Sequence record: MW021758.1
Length of the DNA: 64,000 nucleotides
Strand: one strand, 5' to 3'
A program made the position numbers and the translations under genes. The notes beneath the pieces were generated by a model, which did no database searches, was not told where the DNA came from, and was given only the letters and a program-made list of their open reading frames with translations. Below, in pieces: positions 19,618 to 28,901 of the stretch (position 1 is its first letter; each line of letters opens with the position of its first letter).

Positions 19618-20889
19618 ATGAAACACACCCGGAATATCATCCAACAGAAACGCGAAGAATTCTCCTGCCCAGCGTTTGAATCAATCGACATCCCTGATTA
19701 TGTCGATGACGCCGAACTGGCAGTTGAATTGGAAGAAGGCCGCAACGGTATCGCTGACCGCCTGGATGAGTCAGAGAATCTGACCGACCGCGCCGATCGC
19801 ATGACCGACATGTGCGAGTTCATCGAAAGCGAAATCAACCCAAACCAAAATACCCCGATCAACGAAGTTGCGCTGATCGAACAAGCGACCGCCGCTAACC
19901 TGGACGGCACCGGTATCGAAGTGGAAGAAGTCATGCCTTCGATGGAAGCGTATGTAGACTCCACCGTTTCCCTGGAAGGCTTCCAGGACAAAATCAAAGC
20001 CCTGGTCGGCGCCGTTGGTGATCTGGTAGAATCTGCGAAAGATGCCTTCACCGACTTTATGAAATCAACCTTCACTCGCCTGGGCGCTCTGAAGAAACGT
20101 ATTCAGGAAGTAGAAAGTAAAGTAGGTTCCGGCGAATTCAAAGAAGAAGTCGACGTTCCTAAAGCTCTGGCTAAACGCGCCCTGACCGTAGGTAATGATC
20201 AGATCGATAACGCCGCTGCCCTGAACTCTGCTGTGGAAACCTTCATCCGGGATGTCCAGGGTAAAGGTGTAGGTCTGTCCAAACTGACCGCTGGTGAATA
20301 CGACAAATTCCTGGAAGTAGTAGTCCAGGCTGCTCGTAACTCTGGTCGCGGTAAAGACAATGACCGTCTGCGCGATGACCTGCGTGGCAAACTGGTTAAG
20401 TTGTTCAACGACTTCCAGAAACAAGCCAAAGGCCTGTACGGTGAAAACTCCAAAGAGCTGGGTTCTTTCTACGTGGGTTCTAACTTCGGTACTCAGGTAA
20501 CTGAAGCTAACCAGATCCCTAACGCAGCTAAGAAGACTCTGGTTGATATCGGACCGGCCAGTAACGACCACTCTTCCGCCGTTAAGTTCAAGGGCATGGA
20601 TAAGTCCAGTGCAACTGGCATCATCCGTAAACTGAAAACTGCATCAGGTACCCTGGCAACCTTCTCCAAAACCAACGCCATGGCAAACATCGACTGGGCA
20701 TCTGCTGAACTGTCTGGTGTTATCACCTGGATCCTGGAAGGCGAAGACACTCGTTCCATGTGGGCTCTGGTTAACTCCATGTCTCGCATGTACACTCGTT
20801 GCTACACCGGCCCGGTAGCTGCGTACACCAGTCACTTCTTCAAAGTGGCTAACGCAGAACTTGACCTGATCGAGAAGTGCATCGACTAA
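19618..20889 (+). CDS. Virion internal head protein (phiKZ-like paralog family) with acidic propeptide
   Basis: Acidic N-terminal about 120 aa ending in SME and SLE motifs; highly biased codon usage. Confidence 0.7.
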   Translation: MKHTRNIIQQKREEFSCPAFESIDIPDYVDDAELAVELEEGRNGIADRLDESENLTDRADRMTDMCEFIESEINPNQNTPINEVALIEQATAANLDGTGIEVEEVMPSMEAYVDSTVSLEGFQDKIKALVGAVGDLVESAKDAFTDFMKSTFTRLGALKKRIQEVESKVGSGEFKEEVDVPKALAKRALTVGNDQIDNAAALNSAVETFIRDVQGKGVGLSKLTAGEYDKFLEVVVQAARNSGRGKDNDRLRDDLRGKLVKLFNDFQKQAKGLYGENSKELGSFYVGSNFGTQVTEANQIPNAAKKTLVDIGPASNDHSSAVKFKGMDKSSATGIIRKLKTASGTLATFSKTNAMANIDWASAELSGVITWILEGEDTRSMWALVNSMSRMYTRCYTGPVAAYTSHFFKVANAELDLIEKCID

Positions 20890-20910
20890 GTCATCAAAAA
20901 AGCAAAAAAA

Positions 20911-20934
20911 AAGAAAGGGCTTCGGCCCTTTCTT
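20911..20934. terminator. Bidirectional terminator between convergent units
   Basis: AAGAAAGGGC-TTCG-GCCCTTTCTT with A-run before and T-run after. Confidence 0.9.
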
Positions 20935-20956
20935 TTGTGCCGTCCTTTCGGAGGCA

Positions 20957-21325
20957 CTATGGTTTTTTATCTGAAACCCAGACATTAAAGTAGTCGCGAT
21001 CCTCAGAGATCTTTGAAACGATCCAATGCGGTTTGGGGCGATTGAAACATTGGACGAATTCCTGACCTAGTTCCTTGGATACAGATTTCTTAAACTTACG
21101 CCAGTTTAACTTCAACACCTTACCTTCAGGGATTCTGAAGTAGATAAGAAGCAGGCGCATCTCTAATGCACGGCCATTAGAATCAATGGCATCAAATATC
21201 AGACCGCGAGTATTCCACTTCTTACGAAGCTGATCGCTGATCTTTGGTAGGTTCCGGCGAACTACCTTAATATCCGAGCCCGTTGACTTAAGGAGAAACT
21301 CAATACGTTCATAGCGAGTCAACAT
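20957..21325 (-). CDS. Hypothetical basic protein
   Basis: 122 aa. Confidence 0.7.
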   Translation of the reverse strand: MLTRYERIEFLLKSTGSDIKVVRRNLPKISDQLRKKWNTRGLIFDAIDSNGRALEMRLLLIYFRIPEGKVLKLNWRKFKKSVSKELGQEFVQCFNRPKPHWIVSKISEDRDYFNVWVSDKKP

Positions 21326-21747
21326 AATTTTCCTTTTACCTTTACGATGGTGCGTGAGAATTCTGTCTTAGAGAGCCTGTACGAGGTTTTAATTTTACCC
21401 CGTAACTTTGGATGGGTACCGTCGTTATATTTGAATGTGGACGGTTTGTGGAAGATCAAGAGGGTAACCAGAGTATCTTTTATAGCCTCCTCGAATAAGG
21501 AGATATAATCGATATCTGATTCGCAAGAAACCTTCAGGAACTCCCATGGGTAGATCAGAAAGAAAGTTCGTTTGTTAACGCTAGCAGCTAACTTACGTAC
21601 CTCGTTCAATAAACGCTGAACAGATTGCCCGGCGATAACTGAAACGTCTTCTTCCATTTTGTAAGTCAACTCGGAGATGAACTCTAGTCCGAGAGACTTA
21701 ACCTTGCAGCTGATGAGTACAACTTCCCCAGCCGGTTCATTTGCTAA
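21319..21747 (-). CDS. Hypothetical protein (MALANEP...)
   Basis: Probable ATG behind GGAG; terminator upstream at 21782-21799. Confidence 0.65.
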   Translation of the reverse strand, partial: LANEPAGEVVLISCKVKSLGLEFISELTYKMEEDVSVIAGQSVQRLLNEVRKLAASVNKRTFFLIYPWEFLKVSCESDIDYISLFEEAIKDTLVTLLIFHKPSTFKYNDGTHPKLRGKIKTSYRLSKTEFSRTIVKVKGKLC

Positions 21748-21812
21748 AGCCATGAGTATCTCCAAATTGAACAAAAAAATAAAGGAGCCGAAGCCCCTTT
21801 ATTTATTGATTC

Positions 21813-22160
21813 TTACTTAGAGTAAGAATCACGGATGGTTTTGATGTGCGTGCCGCCGTTAGGTACGTTACCGGTACCGTCGACGATAACGAAATCGATT
21901 TCGGTGATTGGGTAGGTGGAAAGCCAGCCGCGCTGGTTACCGTTCACAGCGCCTTTGATAACTGCTTTCACGCGGTTGATGAGCAAAGTCGCATTACCGT
22001 TATGGGCAACTTTGTTGCTGTATTTATCAGCGTAGGAAACGCCGGTAAGTTTCAAGCGAGCTGGAGCGTGGAAGACGATACGGATACCTTCGAGTTCCAT
22101 GACTTGAGCTTCGATATCAGCGAGAGAGAAGGTGGTTTTAGTTTGGTTTGCATTAGACAT
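21813..22160 (-). CDS. Conserved small early protein (LEGIRIV...VDGTG...GGTHIKTIRDSY)
   Basis: Strong codon bias; own promoter (22236) and terminator (21782). Confidence 0.85.
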   Translation of the reverse strand: MSNANQTKTTFSLADIEAQVMELEGIRIVFHAPARLKLTGVSYADKYSNKVAHNGNATLLINRVKAVIKGAVNGNQRGWLSTYPITEIDFVIVDGTGNVPNGGTHIKTIRDSYSK

Positions 22161-22235
22161 GTTAGTCTCCTATTTTGCAGTTTGAATGAATGGTTATTGA
22201 TAACGAAAACATTTATTTGATTCGTTATCAATAGA

Positions 22236-22252
22236 GTGATATAGATGTGAGA
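22236..22252 (-). promoter_or_regulatory. phiKZ-type early promoter
   Basis: Minus strand CACATCTATATCAC. Confidence 0.65.
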
Positions 22253-22253
22253 T

Positions 22254-22559
22254 TTATTTCATTTGGTAACTTTTACGGTAAGACTTATCGAGTTCCTCAC
22301 CGAACCCTTTCAGTACCAGATCCTCACTGAAGAAGCCAGTGCCCCAGAGGATAGGTTTACCCATAGTACGAGCTTTAGTTAACTCATCCCAGAGTTTACG
22401 TCCGTCATCACTACTCCCTACGATGTTACGGAACTTACCGTCGTTAGACAGAAGGAACATACCGTTATCGGAGAAGCCGCCATGAGTAACGGTTTCACCA
22501 AAGGTTTCTTCCATGTCACTTGCAGCAACGATTGCGGTAGGTAAAGACATCATGACCAT
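22254..22559 (-). CDS. Hypothetical protein
   Basis: 101 aa, SD GGAG. Confidence 0.75.
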   Translation of the reverse strand: MVMMSLPTAIVAASDMEETFGETVTHGGFSDNGMFLLSNDGKFRNIVGSSDDGRKLWDELTKARTMGKPILWGTGFFSEDLVLKGFGEELDKSYRKSYQMK

Positions 22560-22608
22560 CTTGTATAACTCCAGAAATAGGCTAGGGGATTTCCCCTAGC
22601 CGTTATGA

Positions 22609-22854
22609 TTACTCACCGCCGGTGTGCTTCAACTTACGACGAGTATCGGAGAAACGCTCACCGAATACCTTACCGTGATTGGCGCACATCCAGCAACTAC
22701 ATGCTTTAGGTGTCGTAGCAACCTTACCGATAACGACTTTGTCACTAACGGGATTATCGCCATTGAACCAGTAACCAGCAACGCCATAGCGGCGAACAGC
22801 TTGTTTCTTAAGTTCACGTTTGTAACGACGGAAAGCACGAGTACGATTTGACAT
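22609..22854 (-). CDS. Basic small protein with TPKACSCWMC zinc-binding motif
   Basis: Arg/Lys-rich N-terminus, CSCxxC. Confidence 0.75.
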   Translation of the reverse strand: MSNRTRAFRRYKRELKKQAVRRYGVAGYWFNGDNPVSDKVVIGKVATTPKACSCWMCANHGKVFGERFSDTRRKLKHTGGE

Positions 22855-22962
22855 TATTGATATTCCAAATAACCATCAGCCCTAGAAGACTATCCCCTAG
22901 GGCTAGGTAGTTTTTCGGAATAACTATTCGCCCGCTGGCGAGAATGGTTAGTTGACATTTAA

Positions 22963-23421
22963 TTACGCCTTAACGTAAAACTCTTCGCCTGGCTCTGTTT
23001 CAGCCAAGCCTTCAGTTACGGTAGAGTGACCATGGTCACGACAGTAAATAAGTTTCGCCACGTCGAAGGTACCACGATTAATCTCATTGACGATACGCTC
23101 ACCCAATACACGGAAACCAGAAGTCAGGCCAAGATCACCGTAACCTACGATATCCGTATCGATACTAACCGAAGTGAATGTCACATTCCCGTCTTTGTCA
23201 GGGATGCGTTTCGGTTTGAGTGACTTGACATAAATCACCGAGGTGCGTAACATCCGATCGCCAAGCATCAGGACATTAAGTGTACCGCCGTCAGTATAGA
23301 TCACTGCGTTGTTGAAACCCAGACTAGCAGAGACACCGACCTTGATATTAGCCATTGAAGTCAATGCGCGGTTAGCCTTAGTAAACTTACCCCGCTGACC
23401 CTTGTAGAAAGCAAATTTCAT
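22963..23421 (-). CDS. Hypothetical protein (MKFAFYKG...)
   Basis: Start moved to ATG behind GGAG. Confidence 0.7.
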   Translation of the reverse strand: MKFAFYKGQRGKFTKANRALTSMANIKVGVSASLGFNNAVIYTDGGTLNVLMLGDRMLRTSVIYVKSLKPKRIPDKDGNVTFTSVSIDTDIVGYGDLGLTSGFRVLGERIVNEINRGTFDVAKLIYCRDHGHSTVTEGLAETEPGEEFYVKA

Positions 23422-23422
23422 T

Positions 23423-23764
23423 TTACTTCTCCAGATAGATCTCACCTGGACAACGATCGTCGAGGATTTCATCCATGGTGAGATTCAAATTAACCGAGTC
23501 CATCCTTGGACTGCGTGGAGTATAGCGTAAAAGATCCGCAGTAGACTCATCGGCAGGAAATGCGAACGATGGCAACGGGAAGCAAATAGCATTCCCAGTA
23601 CGGGCAGAATACTCGGTCAGTCGTAAGAGCGTATGCATTCGTTCAATGTCGCTTACCGGAACATCGTAGCGGTACGCTATATCTTCGTGCAGATAGCCCT
23701 GCTCCAGTTCCTGAGCAAAGACTTCCATATTGAGGTCTTTACTCGTGTATCGACTTTGGGTCAT
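23423..23764 (-). CDS. Small HTH-like protein
   Basis: LEQGYLHEDIAYRYDVPVSDIERM. Confidence 0.65.
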   Translation of the reverse strand: MTQSRYTSKDLNMEVFAQELEQGYLHEDIAYRYDVPVSDIERMHTLLRLTEYSARTGNAICFPLPSFAFPADESTADLLRYTPRSPRMDSVNLNLTMDEILDDRCPGEIYLEK

Positions 23765-24107
23765 CGCGCTTCACCTTAAAGTGAGGGGCGAGATATTCGC
23801 CCGTGTTAATGCAGATAGGATCTTCAATAATCTGATCACCAGCCATCATTAACTTATTGATCTTATCTTGCTCCATGGCATCAACGTAGAGGAGCATCGG
23901 ATTGACACTGAGCTTGTGAGTACCGTCCATGTATTCAAGTAGCTCTTTGACTACTTGGCCGACTTTATCGTGACTTGTCCCTTCACGAACTTCATCAGCG
24001 ATCTTTTTGATATCAGCAACGAAACGCTCACGTAACTCATTACCGTCGTAGTACATAACGAGTACCCCGTTTGATGAATGTGATGGTTGCGCTGCCCAGG
24101 GAACCAA
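23739..24107 (-). CDS. Hypothetical protein
   Basis: ORF track; start probably MYYDG. Confidence 0.65.
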   Translation of the reverse strand: MVPWAAQPSHSSNGVLVMYYDGNELRERFVADIKKIADEVREGTSHDKVGQVVKELLEYMDGTHKLSVNPMLLYVDAMEQDKINKLMMAGDQIIEDPICINTGEYLAPHFKVKRDDPKSIHE

Positions 24108-24217
24108 CGGCTCTCCAGATTATAGCGCAGACCAGAGTAAAGATGATGAATAAGGACGCCAGGATTAACCCAACACCCCAAATTATTCCTGAGTTGGTAT
24201 CTTGGCCTTCGTCCATA

Positions 24218-24568
24218 TTACTCTCCTTGCGGGATGGTTTTAATCAGCTCCGGATGTTCATCCAGATATTTGTTTGCAGCTTTGAATGCTTCGCTGTTTG
24301 TTTTAGCGAACACACGCAGCATAAAGGTGCGGTAGTACTGAGTGCTCCAAGTGTTCTTCTTTGGTTCAGGTTGATTCATCCCGACACTCAGCGCTACGAT
24401 AATATCACCCTCTTTGAAGTCACCTACAACGATGTCCTCATCCGAGCTATGGTAAGCCCGGTTTACCATTTTGCAATGATCCAGGCTTTGGTCGTCCTTG
24501 AAGTTGGAGTAGCGGATAGAAACCCCGGCCGCTCTGTTTACAACTAACTGCTCGTATGGCGTAGACAT
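24218..24568 (-). CDS. Hypothetical protein
   Basis: TGATG-coupled to the upstream gene. Confidence 0.75.
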   Translation of the reverse strand: MSTPYEQLVVNRAAGVSIRYSNFKDDQSLDHCKMVNRAYHSSDEDIVVGDFKEGDIIVALSVGMNQPEPKKNTWSTQYYRTFMLRVFAKTNSEAFKAANKYLDEHPELIKTIPQGE

Positions 24569-25014
24569 CAGTTGAGGGCCTTGTTGTCATATTCGGTTAC
24601 GAGTGCAGCCAGGATATTATCGGCTACGGTGTTACCGCGCTCGGTGAACGCAGATTGGATTTCGCGCAGCAGCTCGGCAACGGTAGTCGCAGTTGGCGCT
24701 TCGTCGTTCTGGATATAACCAAAGGTGAAGTTATCTTCCCCGATAGTCATCGCATAGCCCAACACACCCAGCTCGTAAAGACTCATAGAGCGAAGTTGCT
24801 CTTTGATTTCCCCGATGGTACGTTCCTGGCGATAGTCGCTGTGATACAGCGCACGGGCAACGTTAGTTACCATGTTCGCTTTAAGCGCCATCAGAGAGCC
24901 GTTGTTACGTTTCAGTTGACCGTCGATGAAGCCGACCGAAGCTTCTGCCAGACCGTAAGAAGACAGCAGGTTAAAGTGAACTTGTGGGAAATCATTTCGA
25001 AGTGAAGTAGTCAC
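24568..25014 (-). CDS. Hypothetical protein
   Basis: 148 aa, strong codon bias. Confidence 0.8.
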   Translation of the reverse strand: MTTSLRNDFPQVHFNLLSSYGLAEASVGFIDGQLKRNNGSLMALKANMVTNVARALYHSDYRQERTIGEIKEQLRSMSLYELGVLGYAMTIGEDNFTFGYIQNDEAPTATTVAELLREIQSAFTERGNTVADNILAALVTEYDNKALN

Positions 25015-25678
25015 GGAGTTGCTCCTGAGTAAAAGGTTTTGGGAATTTAGCGTTAAGCGTTTTTATCGCTACACGGTAAGTAGCGGTTCGAAGCGATTCT
25101 TTGAATTGAACCTCTTCTTCATACTTATCGAACTCGGTCATGAGATCGAGATAAATAGGTAAAGCCTTGATGCGCTCCGGCGCCATAGTCATTAACGTAT
25201 ACGTCTCTGACAAGAACACCGGAAGGAAAGAAAGATCTACGGTATCCTTACACGAAAGATTAGAGAGTACGTCCCCAATCTTAACGACCCAAAATCCATC
25301 CAGGTCGCAACGAGAATGGCGAAGGATTTCTGCTGAAACACGGTACAGACGATTAACGCCAGGAGTACCCTTGAACTCATCGGTAAGTTCAGTCAGTATC
25401 TTCATAGCCATCGTCATCTCACTACTTGCCTTATCCGGCAACGTCCTTGAATTCAAGAACGCATAAGCAATGTCCCGCTTCTCCGACTGAGTATCCTCCA
25501 ATACGTCGTGGAGCCACGCTGCCGCGATGAGCGAAGGAATCGGATGGTAACGACTTACGATATTGGCGACTTGCTCTGGATGTCTCCAGTAAGGGATGTC
25601 GCTACCCTTTCTCTTTTGCCCGATTGCAGAATGGGCAGCGATTGCGAACGTCTTAGCAAACTCAATTAATTGTTCCAT
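24992..25678 (-). CDS. MESH1/SpoT-like HD-domain small alarmone hydrolase
   Basis: AH..Q.RK...PY..HP..VA, AAWLHDVLEDT, VKIGD...NL. Confidence 0.85.
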   Translation of the reverse strand: MEQLIEFAKTFAIAAHSAIGQKRKGSDIPYWRHPEQVANIVSRYHPIPSLIAAAWLHDVLEDTQSEKRDIAYAFLNSRTLPDKASSEMTMAMKILTELTDEFKGTPGVNRLYRVSAEILRHSRCDLDGFWVVKIGDVLSNLSCKDTVDLSFLPVFLSETYTLMTMAPERIKALPIYLDLMTEFDKYEEEVQFKESLRTATYRVAIKTLNAKFPKPFTQEQLRDYFTSK

Positions 25679-25746
25679 GTAACACCTCTCTATAGTAGTC
25701 GGCGATACGTTAAAAGCGAGTAGGGTTTCCCCTACTCGTCTATGTT

Positions 25747-26817
25747 TTAAAGTTTAGAAGGGAAGGTCTTCAACTTCAGGCTACCGATGTCAACCTCAGT
25801 CATTTTGAAATGCTTGACTTTAGCGGGTTGGTAGTTTCCTTTTTCGTCACGAGCAAAGAACGCCTCGTAACGCGTACCCATTTTATCCAGGAAGGCTGGA
25901 ACCTTATCTGGATCTACAGCCAGTACAAAACTGTCGTACTTAGGCGCAGGTGACATGATACCCGGCAGGTGAGAATGTACGTGACCTACGTAGAGCGGCG
26001 GGAGATGGATAGACGGAATGTAGATCATACCGTAGAGTTGTAAGATCTGGTGAGCTAGCATCGGATCTTTTGCTTCTAACGATTTAACCAACGCATCAGT
26101 GGAGAGTTTACCTACCCATAACTCAGCAATTGCAGTCACCTGTTCCGCAGTAAGGAAACAGACAGTACTACCGTATTCGGTATACTTAACGCCGTAGTAG
26201 TACTTAGTTGCCTGTTCAGCTAACCAGAGATCAACATCCGTCCCTTTAGGAATGGCCGTATACTCCAGTTCCTCACCGCCAGACGGAAGTGGGATATACG
26301 GGGTCGTGTAGTAAGTCTTCTCCGCTTCATCCAGCGGGTCGTATGGGAACTTAACCGGAGTACGTTCCCCGAAACTTTGCCAGGTGCTGTAAGTATCGCT
26401 AGGATGGACTCTCGAACGATAGACCGCCAGCCACTCGTCGCCCTGTTTAACGATATCGTAACCTTCGTAATAGGTTACATCCGACATCTGGTCGTACTTA
26501 ACCTTACTTGGATCGATCTCTTCCAGTACGTCGAGTCGGTGACCGTTTTGTAAAAGATCACAAACGCGCAGTACAACGCGAACCAGGTTAGGGTTTGATT
26601 GCCATATGGCAGTGACCGCTGCGAGTAACGCAGGTTGGTCGGAGATGTGACCACTCAGCTCGTGCAACGTAAAACGACTACTCAACAAATAAGAGTACTC
26701 CCCATCTGCTACGAGGAATAGGTCGATGAAACCTTCGGCAAAGTTAACCATCCAAGGGGTAAATCGCTTAGATTCATGGAAACCTTTTTTATATTTCTCT
26801 AATGTAGCAATGCTCAT
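25747..26817 (-). CDS. Hypothetical protein
   Basis: 356 aa, ATGA-coupled. Confidence 0.85.
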   Translation of the reverse strand: MSIATLEKYKKGFHESKRFTPWMVNFAEGFIDLFLVADGEYSYLLSSRFTLHELSGHISDQPALLAAVTAIWQSNPNLVRVVLRVCDLLQNGHRLDVLEEIDPSKVKYDQMSDVTYYEGYDIVKQGDEWLAVYRSRVHPSDTYSTWQSFGERTPVKFPYDPLDEAEKTYYTTPYIPLPSGGEELEYTAIPKGTDVDLWLAEQATKYYYGVKYTEYGSTVCFLTAEQVTAIAELWVGKLSTDALVKSLEAKDPMLAHQILQLYGMIYIPSIHLPPLYVGHVHSHLPGIMSPAPKYDSFVLAVDPDKVPAFLDKMGTRYEAFFARDEKGNYQPAKVKHFKMTEVDIGSLKLKTFPSKL

Positions 26818-27275
26818 TTTAGACCCTTATTAGTACAGAATTTGAGAAAGGCTTTATGGTCATTTACCAAGAAGCCGACATGATCGATAGCTTTGGCGTA
26901 GAACGTAGAGCTAAACAACCCTACTTTCAACAATGGCCGCGAACCCGTGTAGATCTGCCAGACATCGCTACGAGAGTGTCTAGACACACTGAGATTAGCA
27001 GCGCACCCGTGTTCGTAACCGATACCCTCTTTAATAACGCCTGCAGCCTTCAGTGCTCTGATGAAAACTGTAGGGTAAATGGGTTCGTTGTAATAGACCC
27101 AAAGGAGCTTAGGTTCTTGCCCAGGCTCTTTTAGGAATATTACCGCCATGCGTTTATCTAAGGTATCGGCCACGTCTTCAGATACGGCGAATTTAAAGAC
27201 CTTTCCTTTTGCCCCTTCGTAACGGTAGCGAGTATAGAAGGATCTCCACATATCACGATACGTTTCAAGGAACAT
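26814..27275 (-). CDS. Hypothetical protein
   Basis: 153 aa. Confidence 0.8.
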   Translation of the reverse strand: MFLETYRDMWRSFYTRYRYEGAKGKVFKFAVSEDVADTLDKRMAVIFLKEPGQEPKLLWVYYNEPIYPTVFIRALKAAGVIKEGIGYEHGCAANLSVSRHSRSDVWQIYTGSRPLLKVGLFSSTFYAKAIDHVGFLVNDHKAFLKFCTNKGLK

Positions 27276-27400
27276 CAGTAGACTTCCCCACCAGTAGAAA
27301 AGTAAAGGAGTAAGATCATCGAGATTAGTACCGGCAGCGCAATTACCGCAGCGGTTACTATCGAGTTAATCCACGAAATGAAGTTTTCTTTAGAATTCAT
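27275..27400 (-). CDS. 41-aa single-TM micropeptide (MNSKENFISWINSIVTAAVIALPVLISMILLLYFSTGGEVY)
   Basis: Manual translation; ATGA and TGATG overlaps at the two ends. Confidence 0.75.
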   Translation of the reverse strand: MNSKENFISWINSIVTAAVIALPVLISMILLLYFSTGGEVY

Positions 27401-27522
27401 TTAAGGCTACCGTTCATTTCCAGAAGGAACATCAATGCCGCAACCACTGCGGCTGGGATACAAACAACAAAGACCAAAACAATAATGATCTCTAATCGAC
27501 GTTCCCAAACCTTACGCACCAT
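27397..27522 (-). CDS. 41-aa single-TM micropeptide (MVRKVWERRLEIIIVLVFVVCIPAAVVAALMFLLEMNGSLK)
   Basis: Manual translation; coupled to neighbours. Confidence 0.7.
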   Translation of the reverse strand: MVRKVWERRLEIIIVLVFVVCIPAAVVAALMFLLEMNGSLK

Positions 27523-28063
27523 TGAAGATCCTCCGAGTAAAGTTACGTTCTTCATCGACGGTAGTTACGCCGTGCGCAATAAGGATGCCCTGGATGTAAC
27601 CTAACCAACGATGTTTCTTGGTATCGGACTGATCTTCATTAGAAGCCAACTCTTCTAACATCCAGACCAAATGACTACCTGTCATGGTAGGGTCTTCCAG
27701 ATTAAGCGACATAGCCATGTCTTTATAACGCTTAACTAAAGACGGGAAGAAATCTGCAGGTTGGTAATCGATCGTTATCGTTTTATAGATATAATCCATC
27801 GGAGTAAAGTCGGTGTCCTCACTCAGCCAATCACGGTTAGTTGAGCGAAGATAATCTTTATCCTCTTTCGTGTTCGCGTTAGCCACCAGGTTAACTGCGT
27901 GAGGGAAAGAAGAAGTTACCCCGTCCAGAATACGGAGGATAGACCCGGCGACCATGACGCCCGCTTCTTCTTTTGTTTTTGCGATGCGGGAGCAATGTTG
28001 GACGTTTGCGTTAATTGCTACTTTCAATTCTTCGAGTAGCTGTTCTCTCGTTTTGTTAGCCAT
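27512..28063 (-). CDS. Hypothetical protein with C-terminal KxxRWLGYIQG phage motif
   Basis: Start moved to MANKTRE (SD AGGAG). Confidence 0.8.
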   Translation of the reverse strand: MANKTREQLLEELKVAINANVQHCSRIAKTKEEAGVMVAGSILRILDGVTSSFPHAVNLVANANTKEDKDYLRSTNRDWLSEDTDFTPMDYIYKTITIDYQPADFFPSLVKRYKDMAMSLNLEDPTMTGSHLVWMLEELASNEDQSDTKKHRWLGYIQGILIAHGVTTVDEERNFTRRIFNGA

Positions 28064-28113
28064 GGTGATCTCCTGACAAAAATAATAGAGGGCCGAAGCC
28101 CTCATGTTTTTAG

Positions 28114-28566
28114 TTACTTAGTGACGACATCGTAGCCGATGAGTTTTTCAATAGTTAGAACATTGTTCGACTCAAGTGAATGTGCGATCACAATAGCGCG
28201 TATACCTAGTCCAAATGGTACGTTATCGTCAACCATCTTTCTGAGGCGCTTGCTCGGTTCGATTACGAGATACGGCTCGTCTGCCTTAAGGTCGGCGTCT
28301 ACCAAGATCCCGATGCTGTTAAACGTATCTTTTGCTTCGAGTCGCTTGAAGTAATCGGCGACATCGACAAAGCCAGTCATGTCCGGGTGCCCAAACGTAC
28401 CTACGACTTTACCGATGTTGTCCTTAGTGAACTTATCGATTACTTCTTCCGAAGCGTTATAGATCCGTCCGTCGATTTTAGACGGGACACCTAACTTACT
28501 TACGAAGATAGTAATGGTGCCATCTTCGTTAACTACGCGCGAATGTTCAGACATTAACAGTACCAC
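28114..28566 (-). CDS. Prohead-protease-like domain, probably inactive
   Basis: DGRIY...GTFGHP...RL...LGIRA...LIGYDVV; His and Ser positions replaced by Gly. Confidence 0.55.
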   Translation of the reverse strand: MVLLMSEHSRVVNEDGTITIFVSKLGVPSKIDGRIYNASEEVIDKFTKDNIGKVVGTFGHPDMTGFVDVADYFKRLEAKDTFNSIGILVDADLKADEPYLVIEPSKRLRKMVDDNVPFGLGIRAIVIAHSLESNNVLTIEKLIGYDVVTK

Positions 28567-28652
28567 TCATCAGGCCAGGAGAAATGCGCATTATTCATAA
28601 TACGTTCCCTTTAGGTTAAAAATAAGGGAGAGGAATTAACCCCTCCCTACGC

Positions 28653-28901
28653 TTAGTTACTGATACAGATAACTGACACGATATAGACGTACAGCGAAAC
28701 GTACTGGACGATAATAGCCCATTTGGCCTCGCGGTATTTACTAACGAAGAGTCCGACCGCTACAATGAAAGAAACGATCGAAGCGATAGGCGCGATCCAG
28801 AAAGGAACGACATCGTGAAAGTTAGGAACGGCGAGTGCCAAAGTTAACACCGTCAAACACGCCAGTGTAACGGCAATGGCAACCTTACACGCACTACTCA
28901 T
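28653..28901 (-). CDS. Three-TM membrane protein
   Basis: Hydrophobic throughout. Confidence 0.75.
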   Translation of the reverse strand: MSSACKVAIAVTLACLTVLTLALAVPNFHDVVPFWIAPIASIVSFIVAVGLFVSKYREAKWAIIVQYVSLYVYIVSVICISN

